Source of the DNA: the human T2T-CHM13v2.0 reference genome, Homo sapiens
Assembly (NCBI RefSeq): GCF_009914755.1
Contig: NC_060938.1
Direction: 5' to 3' (one strand)
DNA length: 64,000 nt
Below the pieces are notes generated by a model that made no database searches, was not told the origin of the DNA, and was given only the letters and a program-made list of their open reading frames with translations. Numbering within the stretch: position 1 is the stretch's first letter; the number at the start of each line of letters is the position of its first letter. Shown piece after piece: positions 56,742 through 64,000 of this stretch. Both the position numbers and the translations under genes were made by a program.

Positions 56742-57226
56742 TTTTTCTATGTAGTATTATAAGCACCTAATTATATATTTATGCTAATCTAAATTTCATT
56801 TGCTGTTATTTAATTATTCGTATATTTTGTACATGTTCATATCATTTTGTTGGTCATTTCTATCTCAATTTTTCATAGACTTTTGTATTATTAATCTTAC
56901 CTCAAGTAATATAGTTTGCAAGTAACTTTTCCCAAATTGTCATGATATTCTTTTGACTCAATTTGTGGCATTTACATTTCACGTTATTTAGCTTTGTCTT
57001 ATTGTTACTATGACATCAATGTTAGATGTTGCTATACCATCCATATTTTCACCAATTATTTAAAATGTCACCTTTATTATATACTATATTTCTATATTAA
57101 AAAAAGAACTATGGACCACTGTGATTTAGAATCCTAGTTGCTAGCCTTTCAATCAAAATTCCTTGACCATAAACCATCCAGCTGTGGAGTGCTTGACTCT
57201 CCCACTTGATAATCCATCCAAAAATA

Positions 57227-64000
<6,774 letters not shown>

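Overview
Human genomic DNA, supported by a young AluYa5 and an exact match to the human NPAS3 protein as I recall it. The window covers the 3' part of NPAS3, a neuronal bHLH-PAS transcription factor gene, on the + strand. Five coding exons splice in frame with canonical AG/GT sites: 9695-9888, 13823-13929, 29253-29400, 32814-32938 and 35095-36470. These are conventionally exons 8-12 and encode the end of PAS-A, PAS-B/PAC and the low-complexity C-terminal region. A ~3.1 kb 3' UTR follows, with AATAAA at 39510. The rest is intron and downstream DNA carrying 15 Alus, MIR/L2/MER5/Tigger/MaLR/MER4 relics and, from ~57.2 kb, nested L1 elements. Almost all other ORFs in the track are chance or repeat-derived. 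I see no novel multi-gene system. The best lead is a possible alternative 3'-end arrangement for NPAS3: tandem in-frame donors on exon 11, a distant branch point before exon 12, and a phase-matched downstream exon at 55901 that could replace the C-terminal region. Repeat boundaries and subfamily names were read by eye and are approximate.
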